From Marinilabiliales bacterium (lineage in GTDB: Bacteria; Bacteroidota; Bacteroidia; Bacteroidales; DTU049), in contig PKSX01000017.1 of the NCBI GenBank assembly GCA_002869435.1, positions 1 to 52,779 on the forward strand: a DNA stretch of 52,779 nt, given 5' to 3'. Shown here in pieces: positions 37,584 through 46,714 of the stretch. Both the position numbers and the translations under genes were made by a program. Below the pieces are notes generated by a model, which saw nothing but the letters and a program-made list of their open reading frames with translations, did not search any database and was not told where the DNA came from. Each line of letters starts with the position of its first letter. Position 1 is the stretch's first letter.

Positions 37584-39512
37584 CTAGAATTCGTTAAGTG
37601 CTTCCCCGATACCTTTATGTACTTCGTACCAGTAATCTATAGCAGCAGTACGTCTGTCTCTTTTAAAATAATCGATCCATCCCAATAAATCCGGATGATT
37701 ATTTCCTTCCACTTCGTGCTTGCGTATGAGAAATGTTTCAATCAGTTCAACATTCTTATATGATTCCCATAGCGAGGAATTATTTCTTGAGTTGATATTG
37801 TATGCGATCTGACTTAAGCTCTTTATAAATTTTTCTTTAATCTCATTTCCCCACAACTCACCAATAACCTCTGGCATCATTTCCTCTGCCCAGTTTCTGT
37901 GAAAGCGACATATTCCGGTATTATCAAGAATCAGTTCCTGTTGAAAACGTTCAGCATTTAGATGTCCCAACTCTCGAGGATGCACGAAATCATTACCGTA
38001 ATACATATAGTATTTGCCCATTATCGGCATGGGTGATAAAACTCCGGGTGTCCAGTACTGATTGGGAACCATATAACCCCTTCGCCCAAAAGATGTATAT
38101 AAAAATGCATCGAGTACTGCGCGTCCTCTGTGTCTGGCAAGCTTCCTGCCCCAACGACGTGCACCCTGGCTGAAATCGAGTATACCTTTTCTCTCTACTA
38201 TTGCATCAAGTATTTCTATTCCCAGTCTGGCATTATGCATGCTATCAGTTTCCACACTGAAGCCTTCACGCCTGAAAATCGGGAACTGGGTTACACCCAA
38301 TTCTTCTTTAGTAATAAGTCCTTTATACAACAAATCCATAAGCCAGGCTAAAACCCCGCCTATACTGATTGCATCGAAGCCCAGAGTATCCGCATGATGA
38401 TTTATTATTTCTGCAGCTCTTTGATCAAAGACTCCAATTAAAGGACCCATTGTTTGATAAGGTTCATAGTCCTTTTTAAACTCATTATTCATCTTTTTAC
38501 ACACTGCTACACAAGGTTCTCCGCATGTCCAGTTTTGCTTTTTCTTTATGGTTTCTTCGTTAAACTGCTTGAGATAGTGTTTCTTAATAAATGTATCATG
38601 CAGCTCAAGTCTTTCATCCTCACTCCAGTGCATGGTGTCATAATTGAAAGCCATAACACGGCCACCCATTGTTGCAAAATTTACTCCAAACGTGCCACCT
38701 GTATCCACTTTAGGATCAAAACGATATTTGGTTGTACTTTCCAGATCCTTTGCTGCAAGTTTTTTCTGGTAACGGTCTTCGAACCATTTGTCGGCAACAC
38801 TTCTGTCGCGAAAATCAACATCCAGAAATGTTCCACCATATATCACAGCTACGATACCATGTTCCTGTACCATCTTTGAACCAAAACCACCACGACCGGC
38901 CCATGTATCGACATAGGTAAGCTCTCCTTTTCGAACCGGAACAGATACAATTCCGGCACAATCAGTACTCGCTGCTGCCGGCCCGGTAGCAAGAATTCTG
39001 AATTCATCTAAATACTCATCTCTGTATTGCTCAGCAACATAATCCATCAAAGAGTAAACACCCATACGCCCTTCTTTCCAGATTGTTTTAATATCGCAGG
39101 GTTCAACCCTAATCTGAATTTCCTCACCATGAACACGATTTAAAATAAGAATCGATGGTTCAGGAGCTTTTCCTGAAATACTCAGCATATCAATACCAAG
39201 ATTATCGAAAACTAATCCCGCACCCCCCATTGATGAAATATAGAAACCTGTCCATGTTGGGCTAAACCCGGTAAAGATCAACCTGTTACTCCCCGGAAAA
39301 ATAGATCCGGCCATTAAACCGGTTCCAATATTTAAACTATTGTAAACAGTACTGTGATACAATCCAAGATCTACCGGCCCGAAATACTCTCCAACCGGAT
39401 ATCTTACTGTTTTATACATTGCCGATGATGAATCTACTACCAGCGCTTTTATATGCGAGTCCAATACTTTCCTGGGTTCCTTTTCTTCCTGTGTCTTCTC
39501 TGTCATATTCAC
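37584..39512 (-). CDS. AOR-family W/Mo-pterin oxidoreductase, GAPOR (glyceraldehyde-3-phosphate:ferredoxin oxidoreductase)-like
   Basis: AGSIFPGSNRL, SSMGGAG, WAGRGGFGS, STTKYRFDPK.DTGGTFG.N, TCGEPC.AVCKK, YEPY, GFDAI..GG, DN.GICRFHR.W. Start may be ATG 39506. Confidence 0.85.
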   Translation of the reverse strand: MNMTEKTQEEKEPRKVLDSHIKALVVDSSSAMYKTVRYPVGEYFGPVDLGLYHSTVYNSLNIGTGLMAGSIFPGSNRLIFTGFSPTWTGFYISSMGGAGLVFDNLGIDMLSISGKAPEPSILILNRVHGEEIQIRVEPCDIKTIWKEGRMGVYSLMDYVAEQYRDEYLDEFRILATGPAAASTDCAGIVSVPVRKGELTYVDTWAGRGGFGSKMVQEHGIVAVIYGGTFLDVDFRDRSVADKWFEDRYQKKLAAKDLESTTKYRFDPKVDTGGTFGVNFATMGGRVMAFNYDTMHWSEDERLELHDTFIKKHYLKQFNEETIKKKQNWTCGEPCVAVCKKMNNEFKKDYEPYQTMGPLIGVFDQRAAEIINHHADTLGFDAISIGGVLAWLMDLLYKGLITKEELGVTQFPIFRREGFSVETDSMHNARLGIEILDAIVERKGILDFSQGARRWGRKLARHRGRAVLDAFLYTSFGRRGYMVPNQYWTPGVLSPMPIMGKYYMYYGNDFVHPRELGHLNAERFQQELILDNTGICRFHRNWAEEMMPEVIGELWGNEIKEKFIKSLSQIAYNINSRNNSSLWESYKNVELIETFLIRKHEVEGNNHPDLLGWIDYFKRDRRTAAIDYWYEVHKGIGEALNEF

Positions 39513-39649
39513 TCATTTGAATCTACAAAGATAATTCAATTTTCATCTATCATCTTTTTTTTAAGATCAATTTTATGTGATATGTATCTAAGTTTCTTTG
39601 TGTAATATAACTTTTTGACGATTTGATATAATACCAGTTGAAAAAAATA

Positions 39650-39681
39650 TTTGCATAATGAGAATATTCTCATTATATTTG
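39650..39681 (+). promoter_or_regulatory. Promoter with a perfect 22-bp palindromic operator in its spacer
   Basis: TTTG at 39650-39653 and TATATTTG at 39674-39681; ATAATGAGAATATTCTCATTAT at 39655-39676. Confidence 0.75.
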
Positions 39682-39706
39682 TAGAGAATTTAAATATCAA
39701 TAGAAT

Positions 39707-39943
39707 ATGCCTCAATTTGATCAAACAGGTCCGAACAGTCAGGGTGCTATGACAGGACGAAAAATGGGCCGATGTACAAATTTCGGACAAGGAAAAAACA
39801 AGGAAGATACTCCACAAAACATGCAGGAAAATGAAATCCGTGTCGAAAACAGGTTTGGTTTGGGACAAGGTATGCGAAGAGGAAATGGCTATGACAGAGG
39901 TCGTGGCCGCGGACGCGGATTCAGAAACCGTGGAGGGTTTTAG
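39707..39943 (+). CDS. DUF5320-family small Gly/Arg-rich protein
   Basis: MPQFDQTGP..QG.MTGR.MGRC; C-terminal GRGRGRGFR. Confidence 0.8.
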   Translation: MPQFDQTGPNSQGAMTGRKMGRCTNFGQGKNKEDTPQNMQENEIRVENRFGLGQGMRRGNGYDRGRGRGRGFRNRGGF

Positions 39944-39951
39944 ATGTGTTG

Positions 39952-39984
39952 AGCCGGATTTCAGAGATGAGTCCGGCTTTTTTT
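39952..39984 (+). terminator. Terminator after the DUF5320 gene
   Basis: AGCCGGATTT...GAGTCCGGCT followed by TTTTTT. Confidence 0.75.
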
Positions 39985-40009
39985 ATACTTTTATTGCATA
40001 TTCTGGTAT

Positions 40010-40525
40010 ATGAATAGCGGCTTAATACATATTTACTCCGGAAACGGCAAAGGTAAAACCACTGCTGCGTTAGGTCTGGCCTTACGTGCTGCCGGAGCAG
40101 GAAAGAAAGTATTGTTCTCGCAGTTTGTAAAAGGACTACCCTACTCTGAGCATAATATCCTTAAACAAATTCCCGGCATTGATCTTAGGATCTTCGGGCG
40201 CGATTGTTTCATTGAGAAAGACCCTGAACCAGAAGACATAGAAGCTGCAAAAAATGGATTTGAGCATATTTCGGAGCATTTGCAACACGATAAATACGAT
40301 ATCATTATATTGGATGAAATCAATATAGCTTTGTATTTTAATTTGCTTTCTGCAAACAAGGTTATTAACGCTCTACAAAGCAGAAAAACTATGGCTGAAA
40401 TTATAATTACCGGTCGTTATCCCCCTGATTCACTCGTAGAAATAGCTGATCTTCATACCGAAATGCTGGAGCATAAACACTATTATAATTTAGGCGTGAA
40501 AGCACGTAAAGGAATAGAATTCTAG
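40010..40525 (+). CDS. cobO: Cob(I)yrinic acid a,c-diamide adenosyltransferase (CobA/CobO/BtuR type)
   Basis: IYSGNGKGKTTAALGLALRAAG, QFVKG, LDEIN, TGR, ARKGIEF. Confidence 0.9.
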   Translation: MNSGLIHIYSGNGKGKTTAALGLALRAAGAGKKVLFSQFVKGLPYSEHNILKQIPGIDLRIFGRDCFIEKDPEPEDIEAAKNGFEHISEHLQHDKYDIIILDEINIALYFNLLSANKVINALQSRKTMAEIIITGRYPPDSLVEIADLHTEMLEHKHYYNLGVKARKGIEF

Positions 40526-40710
40526 GCCAGAAACTTCTAAATGCTTATTTGGCATAAAGCAATTGTATTTGGGAAAGAAAATCAACCAATACTCAATTCA
40601 TATTATCCAATACATCACATCAAAATTTAATGTATTTTTGTAGAAATCTTTTTTTAAAATTCGGTTTTGAGTTATAAAAAGCATACTCAAAATCTATAAA
40701 AAGTTAAAAC

Positions 40711-41241
40711 ATGAAAGATCATCCAGTTTTTAAGAGTCTGATTAAAAACGGACTTTATGCAGGTGCAATTCTTGCTGCATATTTTGTTTTATTGTATTTA
40801 ATCAATCTGAATTTTCTAAAGTACAATCTGATTACTTTCTTGGTTGAAGGTATAGTACTTTTAATTTTTGCTTTTCTCAGTATATCTGAAGCAAGAAAGA
40901 AACTTCCTGACAATCGTATCAAATTCCTGCCGGCATGGCTGGCAGCAGGTGCGGTATTCTTTATGGGACTCTGGATTTTTGGAATTGCCAAGCTTCTAGT
41001 ATTTTTTGTTATCGATCCTGAGTATCTCAGTCGCACAATTGACGAGATTGTTTTGCAGATCATGGAAGTTGCCGATCAGGTTCCCAATGTCGAAGAGTCG
41101 ATAGAAGGTCTTGAGAAGCTTAAAGATCCGATGACCTGGATTCAGCAAATACTTGTATACTACACATTGAAATCAGCTGCTCTGGGAGCATTTATTGCAG
41201 CAGTGGCCAAAAAGAAAAACCGCCTCGAAGAAACGCTCTAA
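40711..41241 (+). CDS. DUF4199-like membrane protein
   Basis: Four TM helices, FFVIDPEY motif, directly upstream of GT2. Confidence 0.65.
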   Translation: MKDHPVFKSLIKNGLYAGAILAAYFVLLYLINLNFLKYNLITFLVEGIVLLIFAFLSISEARKKLPDNRIKFLPAWLAAGAVFFMGLWIFGIAKLLVFFVIDPEYLSRTIDEIVLQIMEVADQVPNVEESIEGLEKLKDPMTWIQQILVYYTLKSAALGAFIAAVAKKKNRLEETL

Positions 41242-41250
41242 TCTGAATTA

Positions 41251-42201
41251 ATGGATATTACTGTTCTTATACCACTACTCAACGAAGAAGAAAGCATTGG
41301 CGAACTGGCTGCATGGATTAAAAAAGTCATGAAGGAAAATAATTTCTCTTATGAAATTCTCTTCATTGATGACGGCAGTACAGATAATTCGTGGAAAGTT
41401 ATTGAAGAAATGTCGGCTGAAACACCTGAAATCAAAGGCATACGTTTCAGCAGGAATTACGGTAAATCTGGTGCTTTACACATTGGGTTTGAAAAAGCGC
41501 AGGGTGATGTAGTGATTACAATGGATGCTGATTTACAAGATAGCCCCGATGAAATTCCAGAGCTGTATCGCATGTGTATGGAAGATGGCTACGATTTAGT
41601 ATCGGGATGGAAGAAAAAAAGATACGATCCTATCAGTAAAACAATTCCAACCAAGTTTTACAACTGGACCACGCGAAGAATGTCGGGCATCAAACTTCAC
41701 GATTTTAATTGCGGTCTTAAAGCTTACAAAAACGATGTAATTAAGAACATTGAGGTATATGGTGAGATGCATAGGTATATACCCGTAATAGCCAAGTGGT
41801 CTGGTTTTACAAATATCGGAGAAAAAGTGGTTCAGCACCGTAAGCGTAAGTACGGAAAAAGTAAATTCGGTATCAGTCGTTTTATTCGTGGGCCACTTGA
41901 TTTACTTACAATTATGTTCGTGGGAAAGTTCTCCAAACGCCCTATGCACTTCTTTGGTTCATTGGGAACATTACTTTTCCTTTCAGGATTTGTTATGGCC
42001 GGCTGGCTGGCGTACGAAAAGATCTTTCACGATGTTTTCAAAATTACAGAACGGCCACTGTTTTATATGGCTATTTTATTCATGATTATTGGCTCACAAT
42101 TATTTATCGGTGGGTTTCTTGCTGAAATGATTGGTAGAAATAATCCCGACCGCAACAAATATGTCGTGAAGGATTACACAAACATTAAAAACAATGAGTA
42201 A
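41251..42201 (+). CDS. GT2 polyprenyl-phosphate glycosyltransferase (ArnC/GtrB/DPM1-like)
   Basis: PLLNEEESI, IDDGSTD, RNYGKS, MDADLQD, HDFNCGLKAY, YGEMHRYIP; 2 C-terminal TM helices. Confidence 0.9.
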   Translation: MDITVLIPLLNEEESIGELAAWIKKVMKENNFSYEILFIDDGSTDNSWKVIEEMSAETPEIKGIRFSRNYGKSGALHIGFEKAQGDVVITMDADLQDSPDEIPELYRMCMEDGYDLVSGWKKKRYDPISKTIPTKFYNWTTRRMSGIKLHDFNCGLKAYKNDVIKNIEVYGEMHRYIPVIAKWSGFTNIGEKVVQHRKRKYGKSKFGISRFIRGPLDLLTIMFVGKFSKRPMHFFGSLGTLLFLSGFVMAGWLAYEKIFHDVFKITERPLFYMAILFMIIGSQLFIGGFLAEMIGRNNPDRNKYVVKDYTNIKNNE

Positions 42202-42781
42202 ATTGATTAAGAACAGAATAGAAGAATCCATCGCCACCAAAAACCGCATTCTGGATGATGAAGGTTTGATATCGCGTATTGATGAAGCTGCAAATATTAT
42301 TGTTGATGCTTACAAGCGTGGTAATCGCTTTCTGCTTTGCGGAAACGGTGGAAGCGCCGGTGATGCCCAGCATATTGCGGCAGAACTAAGTGGTAGGTAT
42401 TTAATTGACCTTCCCCCGTTAGATGCTGAAGCATTGTCGGTTAACACATCATATCTTACAGCAGTATCAAACGATTATAGTTATGATGAGATTTTTGCCC
42501 GTATGCTTAGAGCACAAGGGCACAAAGGTGATGTTCTTCTTGCTATTTCCACATCCGGCAACTCTAAAAACATTTTAAAAGCCATGGATGTAGCCAGAGA
42601 AAAAAAGATGATTTCTATAGCACTTACAGGCGAATCTGGTGGAAAAATGAAGGAGAAAGCCGACCTGCTTCTAAATGTACCAAGTACAGAAACACCAAGA
42701 ATACAGGAGTCCCATATTTTAATCGGGCACATTATTTGTGAAGTCATAGAAAACAGCTTATTCAATTCTGGAAATAATTAA
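42194..42781 (+). CDS. gmhA: Phosphoheptose (sedoheptulose-7-phosphate) isomerase
   Basis: CGNGGSAGDAQHIAAEL, NDY, STSGNS, RIQESH. Confidence 0.93.
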   Translation: MSKLIKNRIEESIATKNRILDDEGLISRIDEAANIIVDAYKRGNRFLLCGNGGSAGDAQHIAAELSGRYLIDLPPLDAEALSVNTSYLTAVSNDYSYDEIFARMLRAQGHKGDVLLAISTSGNSKNILKAMDVAREKKMISIALTGESGGKMKEKADLLLNVPSTETPRIQESHILIGHIICEVIENSLFNSGNN

Positions 42782-42785
42782 AAGC

Positions 42786-43382
42786 ATGGAGGAAGAAACC
42801 AACTATAGCAAAATTATTCAGGACTGGAATGTAAATCAGTCGTGGACATTGTTTCTCGACCGCGATGGTGTAATAAACCGAAGAAAAATTGGGGGATACA
42901 TCAGCATGGTTGATGAGTTTGAGTTCCTTCCGGATGTTTTAAATGCATTCAGTTTAATCAATAACTTTTTCCGCAGAACCATTGTTGTAACAAATCAGCA
43001 AGGTGTTGGTAAAGGATTAATGACTGAACAAACTGTAGTACAAATACACGAATATATGATTGATGCGATTCAGAAAAACAAAGGTCGCATATATAAGGTA
43101 TATTTTAGTCCATATTTGGCATCCGACAACCATTCCTCACGTAAACCAAATACCGGAATGGCGATATTGGCTGCCAATGAGTTTTCAGACATTTCTTTCA
43201 AAAAATCAATAATGGTTGGAGACACATTAAGCGATATGCAATTTGCCAGAACACTGAATATGAAAGCAGTTTTTATTGGTAATCCTGAGGAAGACAATAT
43301 CGATGAACATGAATTTGATGTTTGTTTTCCCAGCTTTTATGAATTTGCAAAAGAAATTTACAATAATTTCGTTATTCAATGA
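42786..43382 (+). CDS. gmhB: Heptose-1,7-bisphosphate phosphatase (HAD-IIIA)
   Basis: LFLDRDGVIN, VTNQ.G, RKP.TGM, MVGD..SD. Confidence 0.85.
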   Translation: MEEETNYSKIIQDWNVNQSWTLFLDRDGVINRRKIGGYISMVDEFEFLPDVLNAFSLINNFFRRTIVVTNQQGVGKGLMTEQTVVQIHEYMIDAIQKNKGRIYKVYFSPYLASDNHSSRKPNTGMAILAANEFSDISFKKSIMVGDTLSDMQFARTLNMKAVFIGNPEEDNIDEHEFDVCFPSFYEFAKEIYNNFVIQ

Positions 43383-43392
43383 AAGCAGCACT

Positions 43393-44205
43393 ATGAACAG
43401 AATATTTTTGATTTTACCGGTTTTATTTATTTCACTGAGTCTTTTTGCCCAAACAAGCAACGACACTATTAATCAAGTTGATAATAATGGCAAGAAACAT
43501 GGCTTCTGGAAAAAACAAAATGGCGATACTCTGAAATACGAGGGCCGCTTTGTTCACGGCATCCCGGAAGGTGATTTTGTGTATTATTACGATGATGGGA
43601 AAGTAAAAACGGAAATGAATTACACTAATAATGGGCAAAATGCCTATGCTATTATGTATTTCAATAACGGAAAAAAGATGGCCGAAGGCAAATTTGTAAA
43701 TAAAAAGCGTGAAGGAGAGTGGATTACTTACGATGGTCATGATAATATTATTGCCAAGGTTCCTTATTCCAACGGAAAAAAATCCGGTCTTGCCATATAC
43801 TTTTTCCCTGAAGGCGGAACACTTGAAGAAGTACATTACGAAGAAGGCATTGAGCAAGGTAATTTCAAACAGTATTTCCCAAACGGTTCAGTAAAGATGA
43901 AAGGATGCTATGAAAACGGAAAATACCACGGACCCTTCACATATTATTATCCGAACAACATGGTTTATAATACAGGGCTGTTTGAAAACGGACTGAAGAA
44001 CGGTGTATGGTCTATGTACGACGAAGAAGGCAAAATTATTCTGAAATACACTTACAATAAAGGCGAAATTGTTAACAAAGAAGTATTCCAGAAAGACAAG
44101 GATCCGGAAGAAATTAATAAAAAACTCGGTGATGATGAGCACGAAAAAAAAGGCAGCACTTCAACCGATAACGGAATAAACGATCCAAGATATGACGGAT
44201 ACTAG
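43393..44205 (+). CDS. Secreted MORN-variant repeat (YwqK-like) protein
   Basis: Signal peptide from ATG 43393; repeated YY.NG...G.Y.NG...G.W units. Confidence 0.85.
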   Translation: MNRIFLILPVLFISLSLFAQTSNDTINQVDNNGKKHGFWKKQNGDTLKYEGRFVHGIPEGDFVYYYDDGKVKTEMNYTNNGQNAYAIMYFNNGKKMAEGKFVNKKREGEWITYDGHDNIIAKVPYSNGKKSGLAIYFFPEGGTLEEVHYEEGIEQGNFKQYFPNGSVKMKGCYENGKYHGPFTYYYPNNMVYNTGLFENGLKNGVWSMYDEEGKIILKYTYNKGEIVNKEVFQKDKDPEEINKKLGDDEHEKKGSTSTDNGINDPRYDGY

Positions 44206-44223
44206 AAATTTGATTTTTTAATA

Positions 44224-44919
44224 TTGAGTATTTTGAGAAGTGTTTCAACCATATTAATAATTACTGCAGCAATTCTCATTGCTGTTTCAGGCTGTAAAAA
44301 AAGTTCAGATCTGCCTTCTGAAGATATGGGGTACAGTTATTTCCCATACGAACCTGGTGACTACTTAATTTACGATGTGGATTCAACGTATTACGATGAC
44401 TTTTATGATACTGTTTTCAACTTAAAGTTCAAAATTAAGGAGTATTATGAGTCCTATTTTTATGATTCTCAGGGGCGGCTATCTATACGTATTGAACGCT
44501 GGTACAAATGGAATGATACAACAGACTGGTTTTTAAGGGATGTATGGTACAGTACCCTTACCCCTTCACTGGCTGACAGGACTGAAGAGAACGTGAGACT
44601 TACAAAACTTGTCTTCCCTGTACGTAATCACACTGAATGGGACGGAAATGCTTTCAATATTTATGACAGAGAGTATTATGAGTATGAAGATCCTGATGAA
44701 AGCATGAGTATTGGAACTTTCACATTTGATTCTACAGTGATAGTAGCACATGCACCAACACCTAACCTGGTTGAATCTGTTAATAAAACTGAAATTTATG
44801 CCCGGAATGTGGGTCTGGTTTACAAGTATTTTCTTGATATTTCAAAAGATATCTTTACCGGAGACACCTTGAACGGCACACAATATACCTGGACTCTGAT
44901 AGAATACGGAGAAGAATAA
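44224..44919 (+). CDS. Hypothetical lipoprotein
   Basis: AVSGC lipobox; YFP...G.Y.IY; YARNVGLVYK. Confidence 0.75.
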   Translation: MSILRSVSTILIITAAILIAVSGCKKSSDLPSEDMGYSYFPYEPGDYLIYDVDSTYYDDFYDTVFNLKFKIKEYYESYFYDSQGRLSIRIERWYKWNDTTDWFLRDVWYSTLTPSLADRTEENVRLTKLVFPVRNHTEWDGNAFNIYDREYYEYEDPDESMSIGTFTFDSTVIVAHAPTPNLVESVNKTEIYARNVGLVYKYFLDISKDIFTGDTLNGTQYTWTLIEYGEE

Positions 44920-44944
44920 AATTAGTAACTAACGACACAGAAAT

Positions 44945-46648
44945 ATGAAAAAATTACTCACTATTATCATGATATTGGCATTCGCATCTTCAGCAATGCC
45001 TCAAACATGGGGTGCAAAATATCGCGTACAGTTTACCGATAAGAATAACTCACCATATAGCATAAGTAACCCCTCGGCTTTTCTTACACAAAGGGCTATT
45101 GATCGCAGAACCAATCAGGGTATTGCTATTGATGAAACCGATATTCCTGTAAATCAGGCATATGTTGACAGTCTTATTGACCTTGGTGCACAGATATTTA
45201 ATGTTTCCCGATGGTTCAATACAGCTACAATATTTCTTAGCGACACTAATCTCGTTGACGATATTGAAGCTTTAAGTTTTGTAAGTAGCGTTTCCACGAC
45301 TCGGCCATATTTTCAATTGAGAATTAAAAGACCCAGAGATGGTGGCGGAAACTCTTATAATGGCGACATTACACCTGTTAGCTCAGGCATCAAGAAAGTT
45401 AACAGTTATAACCAAAGCGAAAAACGCACGCTATACAGCTACGGTGATGGCTTTAATCAGGCAAACATGATTGGTGTTGATTATCTGCATGGCCTTGGAT
45501 ATAACGGCAGTGGAATGGTGATAGCTGTTTTAGATGCAGGCTTTTACCATGTGAATACACTCCAAATGTTCGACAGTCTGAGAACAAGCGGGCGTTTGTT
45601 GGGTGTGAAAGACTTCGTTACACCTGGCAATGATGTATATCAGGAAAGCACACATGGAATGTCTGTACTTTCTACCATGGCTGGAAATGTTCCCGGGCTT
45701 CTTGTTGGAACTGCACCCGGTGCATCATACTGGTTGCTTAGAAGCGAAGATGCCGGAAGCGAGTATATTGTGGAAGAAGACAATTGGATTGCTGCCGCGG
45801 AATATGCCGACAGCGTTGGAGCGGACGTAATCAATTCTTCACTCGGATATACAGATTACGATGATCCATCACAAAGTTATACTTATGCAGACATGGATGG
45901 AAACACTACTCGTGTAACCCGTGGTGCAGATATGGCAGCAGCAAAAGGAATTCTGGTAGTTAATTCTGCCGGAAACAGTGGAAACAGCTGGTGGAGATAT
46001 ATAGGTGCTCCGGCAGATGCTGACAGCATTTTAACAATTGGTGCAGTTAACTCAATGGGTATTATTGCTTCCTTCTCATCACTTGGACCTTCATACGATG
46101 GAAGAGTTAAACCTACTGTTTGTGCTCAGGGAGAAGGAACCTATGTTGTTAGTTCTGCTGATGGCGTTTATCCCGGCAACGGTACTTCATTCAGCTCTCC
46201 AGTTATGGCCGGTGCAGTTACATGTTTGTGGCAGGCCAATCCAACTTTCTCAAATATGGAAGTGATTGATGCAATTAAACGCAGTGCTAGTCATTACACA
46301 ATACCCGATAGTTTGTATGGTTATGGCATTCCCAACATGGCTGTTGCTCATATGGTATTAAGCGGACAAGAACTACCCGGGTCAGAAGAAGAATATTTCC
46401 TTATGGCAAACCCAAACCCGTTTACTGAGGAGATTGATATCATTCTTTATGCCAATACCCGTGGTACGGCTGTGCTGCAATTACTGGATCAAAACGGCAA
46501 AAAGGTATGGCAGAAAAAAGACTTTGAGTTCATACCGGGATACAACTACTATTTAATGAACGAAGTGAGCTCCTTTAGCAATGGGGTGTATGTACTAAAT
46601 TGTTTTAGTGATAATTTCAAACTCACTCAAAAGCTTATTAAACAGTAA
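44945..46648 (+). CDS. S8 subtilisin-family serine protease with a T9SS type-A CTD
   Basis: IAVLDAGF, HGMSVLS, NSAGN, GTSFSSP catalytic motifs; PNPF...GVY..KLIK C-terminus. Confidence 0.92.
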   Translation: MKKLLTIIMILAFASSAMPQTWGAKYRVQFTDKNNSPYSISNPSAFLTQRAIDRRTNQGIAIDETDIPVNQAYVDSLIDLGAQIFNVSRWFNTATIFLSDTNLVDDIEALSFVSSVSTTRPYFQLRIKRPRDGGGNSYNGDITPVSSGIKKVNSYNQSEKRTLYSYGDGFNQANMIGVDYLHGLGYNGSGMVIAVLDAGFYHVNTLQMFDSLRTSGRLLGVKDFVTPGNDVYQESTHGMSVLSTMAGNVPGLLVGTAPGASYWLLRSEDAGSEYIVEEDNWIAAAEYADSVGADVINSSLGYTDYDDPSQSYTYADMDGNTTRVTRGADMAAAKGILVVNSAGNSGNSWWRYIGAPADADSILTIGAVNSMGIIASFSSLGPSYDGRVKPTVCAQGEGTYVVSSADGVYPGNGTSFSSPVMAGAVTCLWQANPTFSNMEVIDAIKRSASHYTIPDSLYGYGIPNMAVAHMVLSGQELPGSEEEYFLMANPNPFTEEIDIILYANTRGTAVLQLLDQNGKKVWQKKDFEFIPGYNYYLMNEVSSFSNGVYVLNCFSDNFKLTQKLIKQ

Positions 46649-46714
46649 ACTATTATCAGAAGCTCAGCAAAAAGAGCTATTAATCATTTCAATACATCAA
46701 AAGACACCTCAATT

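Noticed and set aside
39944-40009. Cobalamin riboswitch upstream of cobO
   Set aside because: Only about 65 nt, occupied by a terminator, with no B12-box.
43393-44205. YwqK-like protein as part of a toxin-antitoxin pair
   Set aside because: MORN-variant repeat proteins are common in Bacteroidota and no adjacent toxin is present.
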